From Candidatus Nanopelagicales bacterium (GTDB lineage: Bacteria; Actinomycetota; Actinomycetes; S36-B12): 33,353 bases of DNA. Location of the stretch: contig JBIKKK010000003.1 of NCBI GenBank assembly GCA_044360385.1, positions 1-33,353 on the forward strand. Reading direction: 5' to 3'. The notes beneath the pieces were generated by a model, which saw nothing but the letters and a program-made list of their open reading frames with translations, did not search any database and was not told the origin of the DNA. The position numbers and the translations under genes were made by a program. Below are positions 8,659-16,027 of this stretch, one piece after another; position 1 is the first letter of the stretch, and each line of letters begins with the position of its first letter.

Positions 8659-9885
8659 GTGAAGCGCATCACCGTCGAGCAACTCAAGACCGTCCTGGCT
8701 CACCTGCCGCCCAACCCGCGCATCATCTCCTCGGGCAACTTCGCCACCCCGCACACCCTGCTGCGCGTCGTCGACGAGCAAGTACCCGAATACACACTGC
8801 ACATGCTCAACGCCCAGCCGGGCATCCCGGATCGCGAGGGCGTGACCTACGAGACGTGCTTCGTCGGGCCCGCGATGCGCCACTCGCCGCGCCTGCGCTA
8901 CATCCCGAGTCGGCTGAGCCTCGTGCCCGTGCTCTATCGGGGCCTGCTGCGGCCGGATGCCGTGATCGTCCACGCGTCCGCCCCTCGCTACGACACCGTG
9001 AGCCTCGGAATCGAGGTCAACGTCATGCCCGCGGCGATCGAAGCGGCACGTGCGCTGGGTGTACCCGTGATCGTGCAGGCGAATCCGCAGATGCCCTACA
9101 CCTACGGCGACGGTCAGCTCTACGACACCGAGATCGACTATCTGGTCGAGGTGGACGAACCCATCTCGGAGGCCGCTCTGTGGGAGCCCTCGGACATCTC
9201 GCAGCAGATCGGTGACCTCATCGCCGCGCAGGTGCTCGACGGCTCCACGCTGCAGCTCGGCATCGGTGGGGTCCCGGATGCCGTGCTGCAGCGGCTCGTA
9301 GAGCGCCGGGGCCTGCGCATTTGGTCGGAGATGTTCTCCGACGGCGTCCTCGCGCTGGAGCACCGGGGCGTACTGGACTCCCAGATCCCGCTGACCGCAT
9401 CCTTCCTCTTCGGCTCGCGTGACCTCTACGACTTCGTGCACCTCAATCACCGCGTGCGCATGCTGCGCACGGAGACGACCAACGACCCCGGGCGCATTGC
9501 GCGCCAGCGGCAGATGACCAGCGTCAACTCCGCGCTCCAGGTCGACCTCTTCGATCAGGCCAATGCCAGTCGTATGAAGGGGCGCATCTATAGCGGCTTC
9601 GGCGGATCCGTCGACTTCATCGACGGCGCGCTCCACTCCCGCGGCGGCGCGAGCTACGTCGCCCTGCCCTCGTGGCATCCGAAGGCGCAGGTGTCGACCA
9701 TCGTGCCGCGTCTGGAGGAGCCCGTGACGTCGTTCCAGCACAGCTACGTCGTGACGGAGCAGGGTGTGGCACCCGTCGTCGGGCTGAGCGAACGCGACCA
9801 AGCCCGCTCCCTCATCGAAAACGCCGCCCACCCGGACGCCCGCGAGGGGCTGTGGGATGCGGCGCGGGCACAGGGTCTCGCTTAG
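8659..9885 (+). CDS. Acetyl-CoA hydrolase/transferase (4-hydroxybutyrate CoA-transferase-like)
   Basis: TLQLGIGGVPDAV, SEMFSDG, SGFGGSVDF, YVVTEQG, AHPDARE; GGAGG RBS. Confidence 0.9.
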   Translation: MKRITVEQLKTVLAHLPPNPRIISSGNFATPHTLLRVVDEQVPEYTLHMLNAQPGIPDREGVTYETCFVGPAMRHSPRLRYIPSRLSLVPVLYRGLLRPDAVIVHASAPRYDTVSLGIEVNVMPAAIEAARALGVPVIVQANPQMPYTYGDGQLYDTEIDYLVEVDEPISEAALWEPSDISQQIGDLIAAQVLDGSTLQLGIGGVPDAVLQRLVERRGLRIWSEMFSDGVLALEHRGVLDSQIPLTASFLFGSRDLYDFVHLNHRVRMLRTETTNDPGRIARQRQMTSVNSALQVDLFDQANASRMKGRIYSGFGGSVDFIDGALHSRGGASYVALPSWHPKAQVSTIVPRLEEPVTSFQHSYVVTEQGVAPVVGLSERDQARSLIENAAHPDAREGLWDAARAQGLA

Positions 9886-9934
9886 TTTCTAGTTTCGCCT
9901 TCGAACCCGTCGCGAAGGGGGATAGAGTCGCGCC

Positions 9935-10579
9935 ATGCTCGGCGGTGCCCCTCAACACCGTGCGATGGCTCAGGGTGCGATGAAACAGAGTGGGATGACA
10001 CAGGGTCCGATGGCACTGCGTGCCCTTGCCTTGAGCACCGTCATCACCCTGGTGACCGCGGCCGCCCACGCGACCCACGAACATCCTCCGTCGGGGATGC
10101 TCCTGGTCCCGACCGCGGTGATCCTCGCCGGACTGTGCCTGCCGGTGAGTGCACGACGGCTGAGCTGGGCCCGCGCGCTCGGCACCATGGTGGTCGGCCA
10201 ATTCGCGCTGCACGCCTGGCTCGCCTGGTTCGCGCTTCCTGCTGTCGGCTCCGGGGTGCCCACCCACGCCCTGCATCACGGGCCATCTGCATCGGTGCTC
10301 GTGGCACGTGATTTCAGTGGGCTGATTCCGTCACCGGGGATGGTGCTGGCACACCTCGTGGCAGCAGGGGTGCTGGCGGTGCTCCTCGTGCATGCTGACT
10401 GGCTCTTGAGTGCGGCGGCGGCGATCCTGGGCGGCACTCTTCGTCCTCCCGCCTTCGCTTGCCGCCCTGTCGTATCCGTCGCGCCGACCTCGCTCTTCGA
10501 CCGACCAGCCGCGCCGCGGATCCCGGTCGTGCTCATCCACAACCTCGTGAGGAGGGGACCGCCGGCGTACTGCGTCTAG
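9935..10579 (+). CDS. His/Met-containing membrane protein ending in RRGPP; candidate ribosome-arrest leader of ycnI-copC
   Basis: TAGAGT-N6-ATG at 9935; about four hydrophobic segments carrying His (AAHATH, QFALH, MVLAH); Pro-rich linker; C-terminal HNLVRRGPPAYCV. Confidence 0.75.
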   Translation: MLGGAPQHRAMAQGAMKQSGMTQGPMALRALALSTVITLVTAAAHATHEHPPSGMLLVPTAVILAGLCLPVSARRLSWARALGTMVVGQFALHAWLAWFALPAVGSGVPTHALHHGPSASVLVARDFSGLIPSPGMVLAHLVAAGVLAVLLVHADWLLSAAAAILGGTLRPPAFACRPVVSVAPTSLFDRPAAPRIPVVLIHNLVRRGPPAYCV

Positions 10580-10642
10580 TCCGCAGTACGCCGAGTTATC
10601 GGTCCCTATTTCGCGCGCGATCGCGCGCCCTCACGAAAGGTT
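10541..10642 (+). promoter_or_regulatory. Predicted branched mRNA structure sequestering the ycnI ribosome-binding site
   Basis: AACCTCGTGAGG (10541-10552) pairs with CCTCACG-AA-AGGTT (10629-10642, contains GAAAGG); GGGACCG (10555-10561) with CGGTCCC (10600-10606); CGGCGTACTGCG (10563-10574) with CGCAGTACGCCG (10582-10593); GCGCGC-GATC-GCGCGC (10613-10628). Confidence 0.75.
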
Positions 10643-10647
10643 CCATC

Positions 10648-11139
10648 ATGCTTGCTCGTTCGCTCCGCCGCGTCATCGCGGCGTCCGCTTCGGCCGCACT
10701 CATCGCCGGAGCGGGTCTCATCGCAGCATCACCGGCATCTGCCCATGCATCTGTCCAGCTCTACGGAGGAAAGGCCACTGCGGGCGGATACGGCGCTCTT
10801 TGGATGCGCATCCCCCATGGCTGCGACGGCTCGCCCACGAAGCGCGTCATGGTCACGCTGCCCGCGTCATTCGGGTCAGCCAAAGCCCAGATGATCGGTG
10901 GCTGGAAGGCCAAGGTCGTCACCAGGGCTAACGGTTCACGTCAGGTCATTTGGAACGCCACCGGGGATCCACTCCCCGACGATCAGTTCGCCGATTTCGG
11001 GATCTCGGTGAAGTGGCCGACAACGGAGGGCGAGGTCCGTCTCCCCACGGTCCAGACCTGTCTCAAGGGCAAGGTGGCATGGATCGGCGCCGACGTACCC
11101 ACGGTGGATGTCGGTCCGGCCTCCGGCGGCGGTCACTAG
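10648..11139 (+). CDS. YcnI/DUF1775 family copper-binding secreted protein
   Basis: GAAAGG RBS; signal peptide ending ASA-H; RIPHGCDGSPT, GW, PTVQTC..G.VAW. Confidence 0.85.
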   Translation: MLARSLRRVIAASASAALIAGAGLIAASPASAHASVQLYGGKATAGGYGALWMRIPHGCDGSPTKRVMVTLPASFGSAKAQMIGGWKAKVVTRANGSRQVIWNATGDPLPDDQFADFGISVKWPTTEGEVRLPTVQTCLKGKVAWIGADVPTVDVGPASGGGH

Positions 11140-11792
11140 TGTCGCGACGGTGGGTGGTGGCGGCCAGCATGCTGGCCGCCACCACCGCACTCTCCACGTT
11201 GTCGGCAAGCCCTGCATGGGCCCATGCGCGCGTGATCGCCAGCTCACCGGCTGAGGGCTTGGTCGTGAATTCGCTGACGACCGCCCGACTCACCTTCAAC
11301 GAGTCGGTGAGCGGCACAAGCTCGGCCCTACGTGTGCTCACGTCGTCCGGTGCCACGCTGTCGGGGCCCGCACGCGTGTCCGGCTCTTCGGTGACAGCAC
11401 CGGTGCGTTCCATCAATGGGGGGCGCTACGCACTCGTCTACCGGGTGACGAGCGCGGACGGTCACGTCATCGCCAACTCCATCGGATTCTCCGTGCGCCT
11501 CTCGGACCCGCCGTCGTCGGCGACGATCGTGCGTCTCTCAGGCGAGTCTGTGGGGATGTCCGGGACGCGTGTGGGCACGCGTACACTCCGACTGCGCGGT
11601 GACCTCCGCAATGCGATCGGACAGGTGGTCTGGCGCCTGCCGGGAATCCCTGAGCCCTTCACATGGTCGCTGGCGAAGGGTCGGGCCAAGGGGATGCTTC
11701 CCTTCGCCGGCTCCTACTCGGTGACGGTCACGGCATATTCCTCGGCCTCGTCGACGCGCACGCTCACCGGGGTCGTCCGAATCAGCCCTTAG
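11139..11792 (+). CDS. copC: CopC family copper-binding protein with C-terminal extension
   Basis: AWA-HARVIASSPAEG, LTFNE, YRVTSADGHV; TAGTG overlap with ycnI stop. Confidence 0.8.
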   Translation: MSRRWVVAASMLAATTALSTLSASPAWAHARVIASSPAEGLVVNSLTTARLTFNESVSGTSSALRVLTSSGATLSGPARVSGSSVTAPVRSINGGRYALVYRVTSADGHVIANSIGFSVRLSDPPSSATIVRLSGESVGMSGTRVGTRTLRLRGDLRNAIGQVVWRLPGIPEPFTWSLAKGRAKGMLPFAGSYSVTVTAYSSASSTRTLTGVVRISP

Positions 11793-11820
11793 GGCGCTCA
11801 CCCGTCCGTAGGATGCGCGG

Positions 11821-12795
11821 GTGAGATACCTAGTCACCGGGGGAGCGGGCTTCATCGGCTCGCACTATGTGCGCAGCCTGCTGGAGGGCAGCCTCGGTGC
11901 CGAGGTTACCGGCGTGACCGTGCTCGACAAGCTCACCTACGCCGGCAACCTGGCGAATCTCGCGGCCGTTGCGGAGGACACCCGCTACTCGTTCGTCCAG
12001 GGCGACATCTGCGATGGTGCGGCTCTCGACCAGGTGGTGCCCGACCATGACGTGGTGGTCAACTTCGCGGCCGAGACGCACGTCGATCGGTCGATCGCGG
12101 GACCGCAGGACTTCGTCGTAACGAACGTCGTGGGGACGCAGGCGTTGCTGGATGCGTGCCGGCGGCATGCCACGCCTCGGGTAGTGCACATCGGCACCGA
12201 CGAGGTCTACGGCTCCATCGACTCAGGGTCGTGGACCGAGGACTCGCCCCTTCTGCCCAACTCCCCCTACGCCGCGTCGAAGGCGGCGGCTGAACTGCTG
12301 GTCCGCGCGTACCACCGCACCTACGGCATGAACGTGTCGAGTACACGCTGTTCCAACAACTACGGCCCGCATCAATTCCCCGAGAAGGTCATCCCGCTCT
12401 TCGTCACCAACCTCATCGACGGAATCAAGGTGCCGCTCTACGGTGACGGGCTCAATGTTCGCGACTGGCTGCATGTCGACGACCACGTCCGCGGGATCCA
12501 GATGGTGGTGGAGCGCGGGGAGCCGGGAGCGGCGTACAACATCGGCGGGGGAGTCGAGCTCACCAATCGCCAACTCACCGAGCGCATCCTCGAGCACATG
12601 GGCTGCGCCTGGGATGAGTGGGTGGACTACGTGCCCGACCGTCTCGGCCACGATCGCCGCTACAGCGTCGATGATTCACGGCTGCGCGCGCTCGGATATG
12701 CGCCCACTCGCAGCTTCGACGAGGCCATCGACACGACCATCGCGTGGTACCGCGACCATCCGCAGTGGTGGCGTCCCCTCAAGGGCGCCGCATGA
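11821..12795 (+). CDS. rfbB: dTDP-glucose 4,6-dehydratase
   Basis: VTGGAGFIGS, LDKLTYAGN, FAAETHVDRSI, TDEVYG, PNSPYAASK, NNYGPHQFPEK, GHDRRY. Confidence 0.95.
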   Translation: MRYLVTGGAGFIGSHYVRSLLEGSLGAEVTGVTVLDKLTYAGNLANLAAVAEDTRYSFVQGDICDGAALDQVVPDHDVVVNFAAETHVDRSIAGPQDFVVTNVVGTQALLDACRRHATPRVVHIGTDEVYGSIDSGSWTEDSPLLPNSPYAASKAAAELLVRAYHRTYGMNVSSTRCSNNYGPHQFPEKVIPLFVTNLIDGIKVPLYGDGLNVRDWLHVDDHVRGIQMVVERGEPGAAYNIGGGVELTNRQLTERILEHMGCAWDEWVDYVPDRLGHDRRYSVDDSRLRALGYAPTRSFDEAIDTTIAWYRDHPQWWRPLKGAA

Positions 12796-14270
12796 GTCTC
12801 CCGCTGGGCGAGAAGACCTTCTTCGGCCAGCCCCGTGCACTTGCCACGCTCTTCTTCACCGAAATGTGGGAGCGCTTCTCCTACTACGGCATGCGCGCGA
12901 TCCTCGTGCTCTACCTCATTACGCCGCCCGATGGCGCGTCACCACCCGGTGGTGGACTGGGCTTCTCCGATGCGGATGCGGCGGCGATCTACGGCACCTA
13001 TGTGTCCCTCATCTACCTGCTGCCCCTGCTGGGTGGCTGGGTCGCCGATCGGCTCACCGGCCCGCGGCGAGCGGTGCTCTTCGGAGGCGTCGTCATCGCG
13101 GCCGGCCACTTCGTCATGGCGGTGCCGATCGAAGCGCTGTTCTGGACAGGGCTCCTCGTCATCGCGATCGGCACGGGTCTGTTGAAGCCAAGCGTGAGTG
13201 CCATGGTGGGTGGTCTCTATGCGCTGGACGACACGCGACGCGATGGCGGCTTCTCGATCTTCTACATGGGCATCAATCTCGGGGCGCTCATCGCGCCGCT
13301 CATCGTGGGCTACCTGGGCGAGGACATCAACTGGCACCTCGGCTTCGCCGTGGCTGGTGTGGGCATGCTCATCGGCCTCGCGCAGTACATGGTGGGGTGG
13401 AAGGGGCTCGGCTCGGTGGGTGTGGCGGTGCCCAATCCGGCGACTCCTCCCGAGCGCCGCCGGGCGGGCATTCAGGGGCTGGTCGGCATTGTCGTCATCG
13501 CGATCGTGCTCTTCGTGGCCCTGGGAGTCCTGGGCCTGGGAATTGCCGATATCACCGTGCTCTTCACGATCGTTGTGATCGCTATCGCGGTCATCTACTT
13601 CTGGAGACTCTTCAAGCAGCCGCAACTCACACCCGTGGATCGGGATCGGCTCTGGGCCTTCTTCTACCTCTTCCTTGCGGCGGTTGTCTTCTGGGCGATC
13701 TACGACCAGGGCGGGTCGACGATCAATGAGTTCGCCGAGAAGTTCACGAACATGGATGCTGGCGCCTTTACGGTGCCCATCAGCTGGATCCAGTCGATCA
13801 ACCCGGTCTTCATCATCATCTTCGCGCCGATCTTCGCGGTTCTGTGGACCAAGCTGGGATCGCGAGCGCCGTCGACTCCCATCAAGTTCGCCATGGCGAT
13901 CTTCGGCGTCGGGATCAGCTTCCTCATCATGGTGCCGGCTGCCCTGCAGTCCGCGGATGGCGAGAAGTCGGCCATCTGGTGGATCGTGTCGGTCTTCCTC
14001 GTGCAGACATGGTCGGAGCTGCTGCTCTCTCCCAACGGCTTGTCGGTGACGACCAAGTTGGCTCCCGCTGGCCTTCTCGGTCAGATGCTTGCCGTGTGGT
14101 TCCTCGCGACGGCCGTGGGTGACTCGATCGGCGGCCAGCTCGTCAGGCTCATCGACGTGTTGGGCTGGGCGGGCTACTTCGTGGCCTGCGGTATCGGCAC
14201 CATGATCCTGGGCGGGCTCTTCCTCACCGTGGTGCCGCGCATCAAGCGACTCATGGACGGCGTGTCCTAG
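12792..14270 (+). CDS. POT/PTR family proton-dependent oligopeptide transporter (MFS)
   Basis: EMWERFSYYGMR, GGWVADR, GTGLLKP, FSIFYMGINLG, ELLLSP; ATGA overlap with rfbB. Confidence 0.93.
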   Translation: MSLPLGEKTFFGQPRALATLFFTEMWERFSYYGMRAILVLYLITPPDGASPPGGGLGFSDADAAAIYGTYVSLIYLLPLLGGWVADRLTGPRRAVLFGGVVIAAGHFVMAVPIEALFWTGLLVIAIGTGLLKPSVSAMVGGLYALDDTRRDGGFSIFYMGINLGALIAPLIVGYLGEDINWHLGFAVAGVGMLIGLAQYMVGWKGLGSVGVAVPNPATPPERRRAGIQGLVGIVVIAIVLFVALGVLGLGIADITVLFTIVVIAIAVIYFWRLFKQPQLTPVDRDRLWAFFYLFLAAVVFWAIYDQGGSTINEFAEKFTNMDAGAFTVPISWIQSINPVFIIIFAPIFAVLWTKLGSRAPSTPIKFAMAIFGVGISFLIMVPAALQSADGEKSAIWWIVSVFLVQTWSELLLSPNGLSVTTKLAPAGLLGQMLAVWFLATAVGDSIGGQLVRLIDVLGWAGYFVACGIGTMILGGLFLTVVPRIKRLMDGVS

Positions 14271-14280
14271 GACACATGCG

Positions 14281-14314
14281 ACGTGGGGCCCGGGCTGATG
14301 CCCGGGCCCCACGT
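14281..14314. terminator. Bidirectional intrinsic terminator-like hairpin
   Basis: Perfect 15-bp stem ACGTGGGGCCCGGGC-TGAT-GCCCGGGCCCCACGT between convergent genes. Confidence 0.8.
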
Positions 14315-14331
14315 GCGTGACGTGCGTATGG

Positions 14332-14862
14332 CTACTTGCGGATAGTGACGCGGATCTGGCCGAGGCCCATGCCGGGCGTGAGGCTGTCTACGCCGAGCTG
14401 CTCATTGATGAGGTCCACGGTGCCCTGGTCCTTGACGAGGTGGAGGTTGCCCTGCCATACCTGACCGTCGACTCCGTCAGCCTTGATCTTGAAGTGCTTC
14501 GCGTAGAAGACTAGGACTCCGGACGCGCCCGCGCTGAAGGCGACCTTCGCGCGCTTCTTCTTGGCCTTGACGTCGATGACGGGGTTAGTCAGGTTGAGTT
14601 CGCCGATCTTGATGCCGCCCTTATGCAAGACCAGCTCCCCGTCGACACCGACCACGGGGAAGGTCATCTCAGACCCGATGAACTTCGCGGGCTTGAGGGG
14701 CTTGATGAGCTTGATGATGCCGGCGTACTCCTTCTTGAAGGAGACGAGCGTGGTCCCGCTTGCCTTCTCGGGTGCGGCCTGGGCGGGACCGGCTGCGATC
14801 GCGGGAGCCGCGACCAGGGCGACGGCGGTAGCCGTCGCGATGAGTGCATGACGCAACTTCAT
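14332..14862 (-). CDS. Secreted Lys-rich beta-strand hypothetical protein
   Basis: GGAG RBS, Ala-rich signal peptide ending AQA, strong codon bias. Confidence 0.8.
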   Translation of the reverse strand: MKLRHALIATATAVALVAAPAIAAGPAQAAPEKASGTTLVSFKKEYAGIIKLIKPLKPAKFIGSEMTFPVVGVDGELVLHKGGIKIGELNLTNPVIDVKAKKKRAKVAFSAGASGVLVFYAKHFKIKADGVDGQVWQGNLHLVKDQGTVDLINEQLGVDSLTPGMGLGQIRVTIRK

Positions 14863-14932
14863 TGAGTCTCCATAGGTCTAGTGCATGGTGACGCCCGAAG
14901 GCGTGATGGTCTCAGTACTCTCCCACAGCCGG

Positions 14933-15607
14933 CTAGGGTAATTCGCCGTGATCTCCGGGATCCCGCAGGTAGTCCGCAAGGCTCGCTGGGCGCAAGCCCC
15001 CCGCGCGCGCGGCGCTCACGGCGACCTTGAGGTCCAAGGCGAGGTTCGGCGTGTAGTGCAGCAGGATCACCGATCCGGGCTGCAGCCCGTCCCCGTAGCG
15101 AAACGTGAGCCGACCCCGATCCACGACCGTGTCCCACATGACGACCTCGGAGATGCGACAGCGTCTGGCGACCTGGTGCATGACGTGACCGTCGGGGCCG
15201 GCCCCGTAAGGCGGGCGGAGCATCCACGGCTTGGTGCCGAAGGTGCGCCGGAAGGCGGTCTGTGCGGGGCATACCTGGGACTTGATGAGTTCGGCGTTGC
15301 TGGTCGCGAGACTTGCATGCGCGGTCGTGTGGTTTTGCACGGAGCCCCAGCGTGAGATGCGCTCGAAGTAGCGCACCTTGCTGTCAGCCACCTGCGATGA
15401 GGTGAGGAAGCTCGTCACAGGTATCCGGTGCTTGGCGACATAGTCGAGCGCCGCCCGGGGTGTGACGATCCCGTCGTCGATGGTGATGAAGACGACTGGA
15501 TCCTGTGTCTTGACGCGGTAGGTGACCGGCAGAGCCTGGGCGGTGACCACAGGGGCGGCAGCGAGTGTTGTCAGCAGGGTTAGGGCCACGACCGCGAGTC
15601 GCCTCAT
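14933..15607 (-). CDS. Secreted polysaccharide deacetylase (CE4/NodB)
   Basis: FITIDDG, NHTTAH, LRPPYG, VILLH; CATAAT-N6-ATG. Confidence 0.88.
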   Translation of the reverse strand: MRRLAVVALTLLTTLAAAPVVTAQALPVTYRVKTQDPVVFITIDDGIVTPRAALDYVAKHRIPVTSFLTSSQVADSKVRYFERISRWGSVQNHTTAHASLATSNAELIKSQVCPAQTAFRRTFGTKPWMLRPPYGAGPDGHVMHQVARRCRISEVVMWDTVVDRGRLTFRYGDGLQPGSVILLHYTPNLALDLKVAVSAARAGGLRPASLADYLRDPGDHGELP

Positions 15608-15685
15608 ACGTCGATTATGCGCCCCGGGGCAATGCTGTGGGAGCCCGGGCAAGTGCCCGGGCTCCCACCACGATCGCCTCTGGAT

Positions 15686-16005
15686 CTACTTCTTGATGTT
15701 GACCGTTACGCGGATCTGACCAATTCCCATGTCGGGCGTGAAGACGGCAGCGCCGGCCGAGCTGTTGAGCGCCTCCACGATGGCCGGGTTGGCCGTCAGG
15801 TGAAGGAAGCCACGCCAGACCTGCTGCTTCTTGCTCTTGTTTACGATCTTGAACCTCTTGATCGCAGCGCATGCTCGACGCTATTGCCCTTTGACGTTCG
15901 TGACCGGGAAGGTCAACCGATTTCCGGACTTCTTGGCGGGCGCGACAGCCACGATTCCGGCGATGACCGGAGCGAGGCTCTTGTCGAAGAAGATGAGAGT
16001 CGTGA
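15686..16005 (-). pseudogene. Degenerate paralog of the 14332-14862 secreted protein
   Basis: Minus strand reads VTTLIFFDKSLAP...PAKKSGNRLTFPVTNVKGQ* then AIKRFKI...QVWRGFLHLT...FTPDMGIGQIRVTVNIKK*, aligning with GTTLVSF...PAKFIGSEMTFPV and QVWQGNLHL...LTPGMGLGQIRVT. Premature stop, internal deletion, no signal peptide. Confidence 0.8.
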
Positions 16006-16027
16006 CGCTGTCGGGCAAGATGAACTC

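Noticed and set aside
8128-9831. Long antisense or alternate-frame ORFs (e.g. 8128-9831, 12939-14312, 15881-17296, 19201-20976, 23704-24756)
   Set aside because: Shadow ORFs expected in high-GC DNA; they overlap well-supported genes and lack motifs.
10553-10607. Inner hairpin as a plain intrinsic terminator of the 9935 ORF
   Set aside because: It overlaps the coding sequence and stop codon, lacks a proper U-tract and is nested in a helix pairing with the downstream SD. A termination role is not fully excluded.
14891-14904. cUUCGg tetraloop hairpin in the leader of the secreted protein gene (minus strand)
   Set aside because: Only a 5-bp stem; at most a stability element, too small to call an ncRNA.
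15617-16027. 137-aa N-terminal extension of the FAD oxidoreductase ORF
   Set aside because: It is the antisense of the pseudogene; family similarity starts at GTG 16028, which has a -10-like CAAGAT six bases upstream.
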